The notes beneath the pieces were generated by a model. The model saw only the letters and a program-made list of their open reading frames with translations, searched no databases and was not told where the DNA came from. The position numbers were made by a program, and so were the translations under genes. A DNA stretch of 31,585 nt from the IMG/VR virus record IMGVR_UViG_3300002514_000138, positions 1-31,585 of that record, one strand, 5' to 3'. Each line of letters starts with the position of its first letter. Position 1 is the stretch's first letter. Source of the DNA: a virus. Its lineage: Duplodnaviria > Caudoviricetes. Positions 1 through 9,757 of the stretch are shown here, one piece after another.

Positions 1-23
1 CTACGAGCATACTAGGAGTAGAA

Positions 24-809
24 ATGAGCAGAATAAAAGGCATTAGTGGAGTGGAGTTAGATGGTTCTGTATTATTAACAGAGATTGATTTTACGTCTTT
101 GGCATCGGCTGATTGGACCGGCGAGACTTCGGTTTCCTTGGACGGAAAAACTTGGGATATCCAAAACGGCGGAAATGCAAATACCCTCGGCCCAGATGGC
201 AGCACTCTTGTATTGCACCCCAAAGGAACAGGGGTATGCGACTGGTATGGAAACAAACAGGACACGCCTGCGCTAGCGATAGACCTTAGCGATCTAGATA
301 GCAGTCTTACTGATTCATCCAGATATGCAGTGCAAATAATTACCCCCGGTTTTCAAAGGGGCGGCGCAAACTACGCGCGCATGCTCTTTGGATTCTATAA
401 TAGCGCCGCCGCGACCATGGGCTATAGCCCGCTTTTTGGAACTTATCATAATGGAACCGATGCGATTTACTTCTTCTTGGGAGCCGCAGAAGAGACCGGT
501 GACTCCAGCGTCGGCTTTACCGGAAGCGAGCAAACATATTGGGTTTACTTAGAAAGCAATGGTCTCTGGACCTGCTATACAAGCGACTCACAGGATACCA
601 CTGTAGACGGCGGAACAAAGCGGGGTACGGTCTGGGCTTCTATTTCTGGTCCCAATATGAGAGGCCGCGGCGCAGACCTCTCCACAGGGTTGCTTACAAA
701 ACCATCGAACGCGCGCGTTGTTCTAACTGCGGCCGGCTACCACAACGTCTCCACCGGACCTTCAAACAATATCGATTCGTTACGAGTGTGGAGATTGTCT
801 GATAACTAA
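24..809 (+). CDS. Hypothetical protein, probably virion-associated (beta-rich, possibly lectin or decoration-like)
   Basis: 261-aa ORF with AGGAG RBS at 14-18. Rich in G/S/T/D and aromatic residues, and directly upstream of the head genes. No diagnostic motif. Confidence 0.5.
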   Translation: MSRIKGISGVELDGSVLLTEIDFTSLASADWTGETSVSLDGKTWDIQNGGNANTLGPDGSTLVLHPKGTGVCDWYGNKQDTPALAIDLSDLDSSLTDSSRYAVQIITPGFQRGGANYARMLFGFYNSAAATMGYSPLFGTYHNGTDAIYFFLGAAEETGDSSVGFTGSEQTYWVYLESNGLWTCYTSDSQDTTVDGGTKRGTVWASISGPNMRGRGADLSTGLLTKPSNARVVLTAAGYHNVSTGPSNNIDSLRVWRLSDN

Positions 810-893
810 ACGACTCGGCGCGTCTCAATGATCCATAAAATAACTTCTCCCTGCATTGAAATTAGAACTATTAGTCATTTCCCCATCTTACAG

Positions 894-901
894 ACTATTT
901 A
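894..901 (+). promoter_or_regulatory. Putative phage late-promoter motif ACTATTTA
   Basis: Same octamer found about 30-55 nt upstream of several structural gene starts; here upstream of ATG 935. Confidence 0.65.
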
Positions 902-934
902 TTTTTGATAAGATATCAGATTTGGAGTAATTCT

Positions 935-2047
935 ATGTCTTCACTGTTAGAAGAGGCGATTGTAGACGCTAAAGCCCTTAAGGAAGCCGCACTTAAAAAT
1001 GCGGAAACTGCTGTATTGGAGAAGTATTCGCGACAAGTGAAGAGCGCTCTTTCTACCCTATTAGAGCAGGAAGAGATGGACCTGGGTCCAGATCTGGGTG
1101 GCGCAGGCGCCGAGGGCGAAGGGGAGCCCGGGGATGCTTCCTTTACCGATGAGGTACCCTACAGCTTTCAAAACGAGAAAATAGATAGTGCGCCGCAGGA
1201 TGAACTAATCGAAATCGATTTTGATGCCCTCAAAACCCGGATCGCCGAAGAAGAAGCCGAAGGGCTCGAAGCTTCGGCCGACGATCTCACAGACACCACG
1301 GAGTTGGCTGGTCAACTTGATGAAGATGGCTATATCACTGACACGGACTTAGAGGATGACTCGCGTGAAGACGCAGCCGTCCTCGCACGGTCCCCCATTG
1401 TCACCGAAGACGACGACGACGATGAAGACGTGGCCCTTACAGAAGAAATGCTATCTGACCTTATTGAAGAGTTAGTAGTAGACATGACACCGCGCCCGCA
1501 AGGCTGGGCATCGGTAAATTCTGCTGATAATAGCATTGAGCAGGCCAACAACATGGCCATGGGCGCCGCACAGGCAGCCCACCTCGAAGAAGAAGAGATT
1601 GAAGCATCGGTCGGCACCGCACCGGATGTTGTTTCTGATGCCGAACTCTACGAAACACAAATACTCCAATTTACAGAATCACGTAAAGAGCTACAAGCTC
1701 TTTTATTTGAAGCCAAAGATCAACTTACTAAGTTGAATTTGGAAAACGCCAAGCTTGTTTATCAAAACAAGGCATTAAGCAGCGCCTCCCTGAATGAGCG
1801 ACAAAAAAATCAAGTTGTCGAAGCTGTTCAATCTGCCAATTCTGTTGAAGAAGCGGGTATGATTTTTGAAACAATTCAAAACGCAGTGGGGGCATCGATT
1901 GATCGTCGAACACGCCCACAAACACTTCGTGAAGCCGTTCAAAGACCTACATCGCTTTTGCTCAATTCTAAGAGAGACAACACGGCTACAAACGATCCAC
2001 GTATGGATCGTATGCTGCGTTTAGCAGGTTTAAAAAATGAACAATAA
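935..2047 (+). CDS. Prohead core/scaffolding protein (T4 gp22-like role)
   Basis: Very acidic, coiled-coil-like protein immediately before the major capsid gene, with many hydrophobic-X-E sites and a C-terminal RMLRLAGL helix. ATG 935 has a GGAG RBS and is preferred over the track start at 905. Confidence 0.75.
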   Translation: MSSLLEEAIVDAKALKEAALKNAETAVLEKYSRQVKSALSTLLEQEEMDLGPDLGGAGAEGEGEPGDASFTDEVPYSFQNEKIDSAPQDELIEIDFDALKTRIAEEEAEGLEASADDLTDTTELAGQLDEDGYITDTDLEDDSREDAAVLARSPIVTEDDDDDEDVALTEEMLSDLIEELVVDMTPRPQGWASVNSADNSIEQANNMAMGAAQAAHLEEEEIEASVGTAPDVVSDAELYETQILQFTESRKELQALLFEAKDQLTKLNLENAKLVYQNKALSSASLNERQKNQVVEAVQSANSVEEAGMIFETIQNAVGASIDRRTRPQTLREAVQRPTSLLLNSKRDNTATNDPRMDRMLRLAGLKNEQ

Positions 2048-2067
2048 AACATACAGGAGGTTATAAA

Positions 2068-3843
2068 ATGTCTATTGTACAAAAACTAACCGAAGGTATC
2101 GTTAATCGCGACCTCGCGAAGGAAGGTAGTGCCCTCATTAATAAGTGGGAAAGTACCGGTCTTCTTGAGGGACTGGCTGACGACACCATTCGGAACGGTA
2201 TGGCCCGGTTGCTTGAAAATCAAGCAAAAGAGCTTCTCCGTGAGGGATCGTCCATGTCGAGCGGGGATGTTGAAGGCTTTGCGGCCGTCGCATTTCCCCT
2301 GGTTCGCCGTGTATTCGGCTCCCTGATCGCTAACGATCTCGTTAGCGTTCAACCGATGAGTTTGCCCTCGGGCCTCATCTTCTTCCTCGACTTCACCTAT
2401 GGTGGAGTTTTCGAAGATAGTGGCCAGAACCAGGAGCCACGTTTAGGATTTACGTTTGGTAAGTCCGTCTACGGCGGTGACGTTGTAGGTGCGCAGATCA
2501 CCGGCGGTGTTGACCTTATTGGTCTTGAAGGCACCGATGCTGGTGGTGCGTACAACTTGCGCAACGGTTACTCTTCTCCTACGGGAAGTACAACTGGCGC
2601 GTGGAATGTGGTGTTCTCGGGCACGCTCGGATCGGGGGGCGCATGGTCTGCACTTCCTGTCCAAAGTGCTGTCGTTCAGATCATGCCACAGGCACAGGTT
2701 GACAAAGTTCTTCGCTTTGATCCCGATTTGGTATCTGGTTCGGACTTTGTTATCGCCCAAAAGCTCATCCCAGCGGCGTCGCAGTTTAACCTGCGCGACC
2801 TCTCGGCTCTGGCGCTTACGGCTTCTAACACTGCCAACCTATTGCTTGTTTCCCGTCTGACGACGATGAGTTCGTCTAACAGTACGGGTGTTAAGGCTGA
2901 TATTGCCGATGGTTCTGCAAATATCTTTGCGGTATTTATGGGTGCTACGTCTGTCGGTACCCCGGCAGCACTGAGTCAAAGTGTGCTTGATGCGCAGGCG
3001 ACTTTCCCCATTACGGATAACTTCCAGGCGGTGGGAACAGCCATTGGTGCAATTGAAGGTGCAGCAACTTGGGCTCTGGAAGGCAATGACGCTATCCCCG
3101 AAATCGACATCAAGGTCGATTCGGTGGCCGTCACGGCTATCACCAAGAAGCTCAAGGCCAAGTGGACCCCGGAGTTAGGACAGGATCTTAACGCCTACCA
3201 CAACCTTGATGCAGAGGTCGAACTTACTCAGATTCTGTCTGAGCAGATCGCCCTTGAAATTGATCGCGAGATCGTCGAAGATCTTGTTAAGGGAGCAACC
3301 GCCGGTAAACGTTACTGGTCGCGCCACCCGGGTCAATTCCTCAATCGCGAGACCGGACAGGTGTCCAGTGTTACACAGGACTTCACTGGTAACGTGAGTG
3401 AGTGGTATGAGACTCTCATTGAGACTATCAATGATGTGTCGGCACAGGTCCACCGGAAGACTCTCCGTGGTGCGGCAAACTTTGTGGTTACATCCCCAGA
3501 GATTGCTAATCTGCTTGAGTTCACGGCTGGGTTCCGTGCTAATGTGACTGCTGATAGCGACCGCGGCGACGCGGGTGCTGTTAAGGTGGGATCCCTTTCG
3601 AAGAAGTTCGACGTTATTGTCGATCCTTACTTCCCGCGTAATCTGCTCCTTGTGGGCCGACGTGGAAGTAGCTTCCTTGAGAGTGGTTATGTATATGCGC
3701 CTTATGTGCCGCTGCAGACCACACCTACTATCTTCGGCGTTGAAGATTTCGTGCCCCGTAAGGGAGTCATGACTCGGTATGCCAAGAAGATGGTTCGTCC
3801 TGATATGTATGGCTTAGTGATCGTCCGCGGTCTCGAAGACTAA
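2068..3843 (+). CDS. Major capsid protein, T4 gp23 family, with a large central insertion
   Basis: Motifs LVRRVF..LIANDLVSVQPM..PSGLIF, KLKAKWTPELGQDL.AYH.LDAE.EL, EIDREI, YAPYVPLQ and PRKGVMTRY. AGGAGG RBS. Confidence 0.95.
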   Translation: MSIVQKLTEGIVNRDLAKEGSALINKWESTGLLEGLADDTIRNGMARLLENQAKELLREGSSMSSGDVEGFAAVAFPLVRRVFGSLIANDLVSVQPMSLPSGLIFFLDFTYGGVFEDSGQNQEPRLGFTFGKSVYGGDVVGAQITGGVDLIGLEGTDAGGAYNLRNGYSSPTGSTTGAWNVVFSGTLGSGGAWSALPVQSAVVQIMPQAQVDKVLRFDPDLVSGSDFVIAQKLIPAASQFNLRDLSALALTASNTANLLLVSRLTTMSSSNSTGVKADIADGSANIFAVFMGATSVGTPAALSQSVLDAQATFPITDNFQAVGTAIGAIEGAATWALEGNDAIPEIDIKVDSVAVTAITKKLKAKWTPELGQDLNAYHNLDAEVELTQILSEQIALEIDREIVEDLVKGATAGKRYWSRHPGQFLNRETGQVSSVTQDFTGNVSEWYETLIETINDVSAQVHRKTLRGAANFVVTSPEIANLLEFTAGFRANVTADSDRGDAGAVKVGSLSKKFDVIVDPYFPRNLLLVGRRGSSFLESGYVYAPYVPLQTTPTIFGVEDFVPRKGVMTRYAKKMVRPDMYGLVIVRGLED

Positions 3844-3871
3844 ACATAACTGACGTAAGGTCAAAATAGTT

Positions 3872-3903
3872 AAAGCCCCGTCTCTTTTGAGGCGGGGCTT
3901 TCT
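3872..3903 (+). terminator. Rho-independent terminator after the major capsid gene
   Basis: AAAGCCCCGTCTC-TTTT-GAGGCGGGGCTTT: 13-bp stem with one G.U pair, followed by T-rich sequence. Confidence 0.85.
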
Positions 3904-3908
3904 ATTTA
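3901..3908 (+). promoter_or_regulatory. Putative late-promoter variant TCTATTTA
   Basis: 7/8 match to ACTATTTA, directly after the terminator and upstream of ATG 3934. Confidence 0.55.
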
Positions 3909-3933
3909 GTAGTAGAAAAATAGAGGAACATCC

Positions 3934-5199
3934 ATGGCCGTCCCCACTCTAAGTCCAGCTTCTACTAGCAATACTACAGTATTGCCAGCGACAGGTAGTA
4001 CGGGAAACGTGGCCTCATCCCTTCCGTTTGGGATATATTCCTCGGCTGCTTTTTTATCTGGTGCTGCTGATCAAGTAGCCTATACCTATAAAAAGTTGGG
4101 AGGCGATGTACTCGATATTGAGATTACAGAGGGAAATGTCTATTCGGCCTATGAAGAGGCGGTGCTAGAATATTCATATATTATTAATTTACACCAAAGT
4201 AAAAATTCTCTTTCAGATTTTCTAGGTGCCTCAACCGGCTCTTTCGACCAAGACGGCCAAATTATTACAGGTCACACACTTTCGGGGTCCGATGTTGAAT
4301 TGAAATATCCCAAATTTGATTATGGCTATATCAGGCGCGTTTCTGAAGGTCTGTCCACCGAGGCCGGCTTCGGCGGAATTAGTCCGATTTATTCTGGTTC
4401 GGTGGATCGGATAGCAGGTGTTCAAGATTATGACATCCAGACATTGTTATCGGCCTCTTCGCTTACTGCTACAACGGCGGATTACTTCGGCCGCGTTCAA
4501 GATAAACGGGTTATTATTCGTAAAGTCTTTTTTAAGACTCCTCGCGCCATGTGGCGTTTCTATGGATATTATGGGGGCTTCTCTGTGGTGGGGAATCTAC
4601 GCACATATGGTCAATATGCCGATGACTCTACTTTTGAAATCGTGCCTACCTGGCAAAACAAGCTTCAAGCCATGGCGTATGAAGATGCCCTCTGGACACG
4701 TATTTCACATTATTCGTATGAGATTTTAGATAACAAGATAAGACTATATCCTCGGCCGGATATTACAAGCCCTAATAAATTCTGGGTACAGTTCAGCATT
4801 GAAAATGATTATGAGCCATGGCAAGACACGGCGCGGGGGCGTACCGGCACCGACGGAATTAATAATATGAATTCGTTGCCTTTCAATAATCTTCCTTATA
4901 ACAAAATTAATTCTATCGGCAAACAGTGGATTAGGCGCTTCGCCTTGGCTTTAACAAAAGAAATGCTGGGGCAAGTGAGAGGCAAGTTTTCAGTTGTGCC
5001 CATTCCGGGAGAGTCCGTCACCCTTAATCATTCGGAATTATTGGGTCAGGCGAAATCGGAACAGGATAGTTTGCGCCAAGAGCTTCAAAAGATCCTGGAC
5101 GAACTCACGTACGAAAAGCTGGCAGTACAGGACGCCTCTCTGCAAGATGCTGCCGAAAAGATACTCCAAAACGTGCCAGCTGGCATATATGTAGGGTAG
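3934..5199 (+). CDS. Neck/head-tail adaptor protein, T4 gp13-like
   Basis: N-terminal KLGG.VLDIEIT and C-terminal WIRRFALALTKEMLGQVRGKF..PIPG..VTLN..ELL resemble gp13. Located after the capsid gene. Confidence 0.8.
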   Translation: MAVPTLSPASTSNTTVLPATGSTGNVASSLPFGIYSSAAFLSGAADQVAYTYKKLGGDVLDIEITEGNVYSAYEEAVLEYSYIINLHQSKNSLSDFLGASTGSFDQDGQIITGHTLSGSDVELKYPKFDYGYIRRVSEGLSTEAGFGGISPIYSGSVDRIAGVQDYDIQTLLSASSLTATTADYFGRVQDKRVIIRKVFFKTPRAMWRFYGYYGGFSVVGNLRTYGQYADDSTFEIVPTWQNKLQAMAYEDALWTRISHYSYEILDNKIRLYPRPDITSPNKFWVQFSIENDYEPWQDTARGRTGTDGINNMNSLPFNNLPYNKINSIGKQWIRRFALALTKEMLGQVRGKFSVVPIPGESVTLNHSELLGQAKSEQDSLRQELQKILDELTYEKLAVQDASLQDAAEKILQNVPAGIYVG

Positions 5200-5209
5200 G
5201 AGATAGAGA

Positions 5210-6154
5210 ATGGCTCGCAGTAAGCGCACACAAAAACAAATTCAGAATGTACGAGCTAGTCGCTATAACTATCTGGACAACAAGGAGGTGGCCGACCAGC
5301 TTCAAGAGATTGAATTTATGGCCTCCAGCCTTGAAACCATTGATGGGGCAATGTTACGTTTTATTAATGAAGAACTTAATTTGTCTATTACCACAAATGC
5401 AGGCTTCAAAAAAGTGCCGGTATTATGGGTAACAGCTGAACGAGCCTACCAACTAAAGCATAATAAAGAGTTGCGTGATTCTCAACAAACACTTATTTTG
5501 CCGTTAATTACTATTAATCGCTCTTCCGTGACTAAAGAACCCGACTTTAGGGGCACCGTCTATGCAAATTTGTATCCCGAGGCCGATGCGAGGGGAGGAA
5601 CCATTACAGTTGCCCGTCGCATTAATCAGAAAAAGACCGCTGAATTCCAAAATGCCTTTGCGAACCGCGGTTACGGCCCCAATAAGCGCGTAAGTGGCAA
5701 AATGAAAAATACTAATCGTCGCAACATGTCAACTCAACGGGTGGTATATGAAACAGTTACGATTCCGTTGCCCACATGGGTAAAAGTAGCTTATGAAATT
5801 ACGGCACGTACTGAATATCAACAGCAACTAAACGAATTGATCAACCCATTTTTGACTATACCGGGCAATTCGCGAATGCCTCGACGTATTCACAACGAGG
5901 GTCATGACTACGAAGTCTTTATTGAGGGGAGCTTTGGCGACAACTCAAATAAAAGTAATTTGGGGATGGAACAGCGTAATTATGAGACCACTATTAATAT
6001 GGAGGTGCTGGGGTATCTTATTGGAGAGGGCGAGAACCAAGAAAAACCCCGAATTGTACGTCGTGAGAATGCCGTAGAGTTCAAGTTCGCACGAGAGCGC
6101 ACAATCTTCGGGGACATCCCCGATAGTATTAAAGATGGATTTTATAGAGAATAA
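5210..6154 (+). CDS. Tail terminator/sheath stabiliser, T4 gp15-like
   Basis: Motifs KVPVLW..AER, LPLITI.R and P..V.V.YEI....EYQQQLNELINPF. Located between the neck and sheath genes. Confidence 0.65.
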   Translation: MARSKRTQKQIQNVRASRYNYLDNKEVADQLQEIEFMASSLETIDGAMLRFINEELNLSITTNAGFKKVPVLWVTAERAYQLKHNKELRDSQQTLILPLITINRSSVTKEPDFRGTVYANLYPEADARGGTITVARRINQKKTAEFQNAFANRGYGPNKRVSGKMKNTNRRNMSTQRVVYETVTIPLPTWVKVAYEITARTEYQQQLNELINPFLTIPGNSRMPRRIHNEGHDYEVFIEGSFGDNSNKSNLGMEQRNYETTINMEVLGYLIGEGENQEKPRIVRRENAVEFKFARERTIFGDIPDSIKDGFYRE

Positions 6155-6164
6155 TACCATTGCC

Positions 6165-6182
6165 ACTATTTAGCACTATTTA
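6165..6182 (+). promoter_or_regulatory. Tandem late-promoter motifs ACTATTTA (6165-6172, 6175-6182)
   Basis: CACTATTTAG-CACTATTTAC: direct duplication with a 10-bp period upstream of the sheath gene. Confidence 0.65.
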
Positions 6183-6219
6183 CTTTTGAATGTTTTTTGT
6201 GCGTAGGAGAACTTAACGA

Positions 6220-9087
6220 ATGTCAATTAAAAACTATAGATTTGTATCCCCGGGTGTGTTTGTTAATGAAATTGACAATTCCCAACTCCCTGCCTCTCCC
6301 GCAGGCCAAGGGCCTGTTATTGTTGGGCGATCCTCAAAAGGACCAGCCCTCCGTCCTGTAACTGTAGATTCTTTTGAAGAATTTGTCAACGTTTTTGGGG
6401 CCCCCTCCCCGGGCGCCACCGGTGGCGATGTCTGGCGAACCGGCAATGATAGTACGGCCCCGACTTATGGGGCATATGCGGCCCAAGCTTATTTACGCAA
6501 TAGTTCTCCTGTGACGTATGTGCGCCTTTTGGGTCAGGCCGATGCCGATTATACCGTTGGTTCCGGCGAAGCCGGCTGGACGCAAACCAACGCGTGGGGT
6601 CTTGTTGTTTTCGAGCCTTCCGCGTCGCTAGGTACCGACAGCGGCGGCGATCGCTTTGAAGGCGCACTCGGCGCCGTCTTTTATGGTCCCGATACTGTAG
6701 ACTTCCAACTTTCGGGTGCCCTAGCTCTGTCTGCCTCCACTCCCGGGGGGAGCCCGGGCGCTTCGGCTCTCAGTAAGCAAGGAGCCAGCTGGATTGTTTC
6801 GGATACGGGAACGCGCAAAGAGTTCAAAATGATTCTTACCGGTTCGGGCGTCGCAGGCGTAGGTACCAGCTCTATTACCTTTAACTTTGATCGATCGAGT
6901 CCTAACTATATTCGTAAAGTTTTTAGCACAAATCCTCAACTTACCAATACTGCTATCACCAACACGGCTAATCTTAAAAATTATTGGCTCGGAGAAAGCT
7001 TCGATCGTCATGTAGATGCCATTGTGACGAGCACCACGCAAACATATGCAAGCATCGTGCGTCTCACCAACACCACCAACGGTAGTGCAGGCCTACATCA
7101 GGCCTCTGTGACGGCAGCCGAGACACCCAACATTATTGCGTGCCGCACGAGTACGGACCCCACATCCCAAGCTCTGTTCAAGTTTGTGGCCCTTGGAAAG
7201 CCCGGCGACTGGACGAATAAAAATATCAAAATCTCAATTCAGGATATTAAGCGTTCCACCACCGATGATGATGATTACGGAACGTTCTCAGTGGTTTTAC
7301 GTCACCTGAGTGATTCAGATAATGTGGTACGTATCATTGAGCAGTTTAATAATTGTAATCTTAATCCTAATTCTCTTAATTATGTTGCCCGTAAAATCGG
7401 CGACCTGGAAGGTACGTGGAACAACGACGAGCGCCGTTATCAGATTTCTGGTGACTGGCCTAACCGATCACAATATGTTCGTATTGTAATGAATTCAGAC
7501 GTTAATGCGGCCCTTACATCCGCGGACCTTTTACCCTTCGGCTTTGTCGGGGTGGTGAAGTATCTGGACCAGAGCGGTCGTGGTGTAACCTCCGAACTAG
7601 GAGGCGAAGTAAATCAGTCAGATGTTGCGGGAACGTGGCTTACGGGTGCTGTCAATTTTGGCGGCGCCTCGGGCGCAGGTTACTGTGGTAATCTTTTCAA
7701 GGTCCGCGGAGCAACCCTGACTGCTTCGGTCTATATGCCTGTACCAGAACTTCGCGTTTCTGCTTCGGATGGCAACTTGGCTATTCCCAGTGATGCCTAT
7801 TTCGGCTATCAGACGACGGAGACGGCCGGCGGAACTGTTTTTGCCCGGGCTAACATGGATTTGCTGCGCGCACGAGGGGGAATGGTAGGCTCTGGTATGT
7901 TTAGTCCTGTGAGTAATATTTCGGACCGCTCGATCACCTTTACTCTTGATGACGTCTCTGGCTCACAAGGGAGTTGGATTAGTGGATCGTTCACGAGGTC
8001 TACCACCGAGGGGTCTTTGACTCGCCGGAATGGCCTCATTGCCGGCGTTCTTGATGCGGGCTACGATCGCTTTACAGTACCAATGTACGGAGGGTTTGAT
8101 GGTACCGACATCACTCAAATGGATCCGTTTGCCAATACGACGATAGCGAGCACTCCGACTGAAAAGACGAACTATGTCTTTAATTCCCTGCGCCAAGCGA
8201 TTGATTCGATTGCCGATCCCGAAGTGGTTCAAATGAATCTGGCTTGTGTCCCGGGTCTTACCCAGGAAGGGTTGACCACCAATTTGATAAATCTGTGCGA
8301 GGATCGCGCTGATGCGCTGGCGGTCATCGATCTGCCGGATGCATTTACGCCCCGCGCGGAAAGTACTTCTCTAAGTCGTAACAATACGGCTACTACGGTT
8401 TCTACTTTAATTAGTGCTCTACGTAGTCGTGCACTAAACACATCATACGGGTGTACTTTTTATCCATGGGTCCGAGCCCGCGACACCATTAATGGAGCTT
8501 TCGTCTGGTTGCCACCATCGGTGGCTGCGCTTGGGACCTTTTCCAGTTCACAGCGAAAGACCCAGGTATGGTTTGCTCCGGCTGGGTTCAATCGCGGTGG
8601 CCTCACCGAGGGTGCCGCCGGAATCCCGGTGGTGGACGTAGCACATCAGTTGCGCCGACAAGATCGGGACGATCTCTATACGGCCAATATTAATCCAATC
8701 GCGAAGTTCCCCAATGAGGGTATCGTGATCTTTGGGCAGAAGACGCTTCAAGTGAGCGCATCCGCTCTTGATCGTATTAATGTGCGGCGCCTTATGATCT
8801 TTGTTAAAAAGCGCATCTCGCAGATCGCATCGCAACTGTTGTTTGATCCCAATGTACAGCAGACGTGGCAGCGATTCCTTTCGCAAGTCAATCCCTTCTT
8901 GGCCAATGTAAGGACCAATTTCGGACTGTCAGACTATAAGGTTATCTTGGATGATACTACCACTACCCCGGAGCTTGTTGATCGCAACATTTTGTATGCC
9001 CAGATTTATCTGAAGCCTACACGTGCTATTGAATATATTGCTATTGATTTCAACATTACGCGGACTGGAGCCTCATTTGCTGATTAA
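6220..9087 (+). CDS. Contractile tail sheath protein (gp18-like)
   Basis: N-terminal FVSPGVFVNEID.S; C-terminal WFAPAG.NRG, INPI, GQKTLQ, SALDRINVRRL and YLKPTRAIEYI.IDF. Confidence 0.95.
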   Translation: MSIKNYRFVSPGVFVNEIDNSQLPASPAGQGPVIVGRSSKGPALRPVTVDSFEEFVNVFGAPSPGATGGDVWRTGNDSTAPTYGAYAAQAYLRNSSPVTYVRLLGQADADYTVGSGEAGWTQTNAWGLVVFEPSASLGTDSGGDRFEGALGAVFYGPDTVDFQLSGALALSASTPGGSPGASALSKQGASWIVSDTGTRKEFKMILTGSGVAGVGTSSITFNFDRSSPNYIRKVFSTNPQLTNTAITNTANLKNYWLGESFDRHVDAIVTSTTQTYASIVRLTNTTNGSAGLHQASVTAAETPNIIACRTSTDPTSQALFKFVALGKPGDWTNKNIKISIQDIKRSTTDDDDYGTFSVVLRHLSDSDNVVRIIEQFNNCNLNPNSLNYVARKIGDLEGTWNNDERRYQISGDWPNRSQYVRIVMNSDVNAALTSADLLPFGFVGVVKYLDQSGRGVTSELGGEVNQSDVAGTWLTGAVNFGGASGAGYCGNLFKVRGATLTASVYMPVPELRVSASDGNLAIPSDAYFGYQTTETAGGTVFARANMDLLRARGGMVGSGMFSPVSNISDRSITFTLDDVSGSQGSWISGSFTRSTTEGSLTRRNGLIAGVLDAGYDRFTVPMYGGFDGTDITQMDPFANTTIASTPTEKTNYVFNSLRQAIDSIADPEVVQMNLACVPGLTQEGLTTNLINLCEDRADALAVIDLPDAFTPRAESTSLSRNNTATTVSTLISALRSRALNTSYGCTFYPWVRARDTINGAFVWLPPSVAALGTFSSSQRKTQVWFAPAGFNRGGLTEGAAGIPVVDVAHQLRRQDRDDLYTANINPIAKFPNEGIVIFGQKTLQVSASALDRINVRRLMIFVKKRISQIASQLLFDPNVQQTWQRFLSQVNPFLANVRTNFGLSDYKVILDDTTTTPELVDRNILYAQIYLKPTRAIEYIAIDFNITRTGASFAD

Positions 9088-9120
9088 AACTTAAAGGGAA
9101 GGGCGGTTTTATTATTGCCC

Positions 9121-9128
9121 ACTATTTA
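9121..9128 (+). promoter_or_regulatory. Putative late-promoter motif ACTATTTA
   Basis: Exact octamer 36 nt before the tail tube ATG, preceded by a weak GGGCGGT/ATTGCCC hairpin (9101-9120). Confidence 0.65.
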
Positions 9129-9156
9129 GAGTAGATCGTATTAGGAGATTATATCA

Positions 9157-9732
9157 ATGCCATTCTGGACCAGCGCACTATCAGAGCCAAAACGAGCCCA
9201 TCGTTTTTTGCTTCATATCCCCGGCCTAAAGAGCGAAAACGAGGGATATCAGTATGAACAGTATCTGGCGAAACTGTCCGGAAAGCCCGGTTATCAGATC
9301 AGCGAAATAACCCATAAGTTTTTAGGAAACAGCTATTACTATCCGGGAAGTGTGGAGTGGCAGCCTATCGATATTACTATTGTTAACGCGATTAGTCCCG
9401 ATGGTAACAAGCTCCTTATGGACGCACTCGTTAATTCTGGTTATCTGATGCCTCCTACCCAGTTGGATGTTTTTAATAATCCTGCACAGGCTCCCGGTAC
9501 GGTCAATAAGGCCAGTTCTGTTGAGGCTCTCGGCAATTTAGTCATTGAAGAGCTTAACGGCCAGGGCGGCTTGGTGGGCACGTGGGCCTTGTGGAATTCT
9601 TTTTTGACGAAGGCGGCTTTTGGTAATCTCGATTATTCTAGCGATGAAATCCTTAATGTTGAGATTGGAGTGCGGTATGATTGGGCTGAGTATACGCCTG
9701 GCCCGGCCATCGCCGCCGCCCAGGCTTCCTAA
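9157..9732 (+). CDS. Tail tube protein (gp19-like)
   Basis: Follows the sheath gene. Motifs EPKR..RF, YYPG.VEW.PI.IT, W.L...F....FG.LDYSSDE and YDWA. Confidence 0.88.
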   Translation: MPFWTSALSEPKRAHRFLLHIPGLKSENEGYQYEQYLAKLSGKPGYQISEITHKFLGNSYYYPGSVEWQPIDITIVNAISPDGNKLLMDALVNSGYLMPPTQLDVFNNPAQAPGTVNKASSVEALGNLVIEELNGQGGLVGTWALWNSFLTKAAFGNLDYSSDEILNVEIGVRYDWAEYTPGPAIAAAQAS

Positions 9733-9757
9733 TTAACAACAAGAAAGTAGGTAATGA

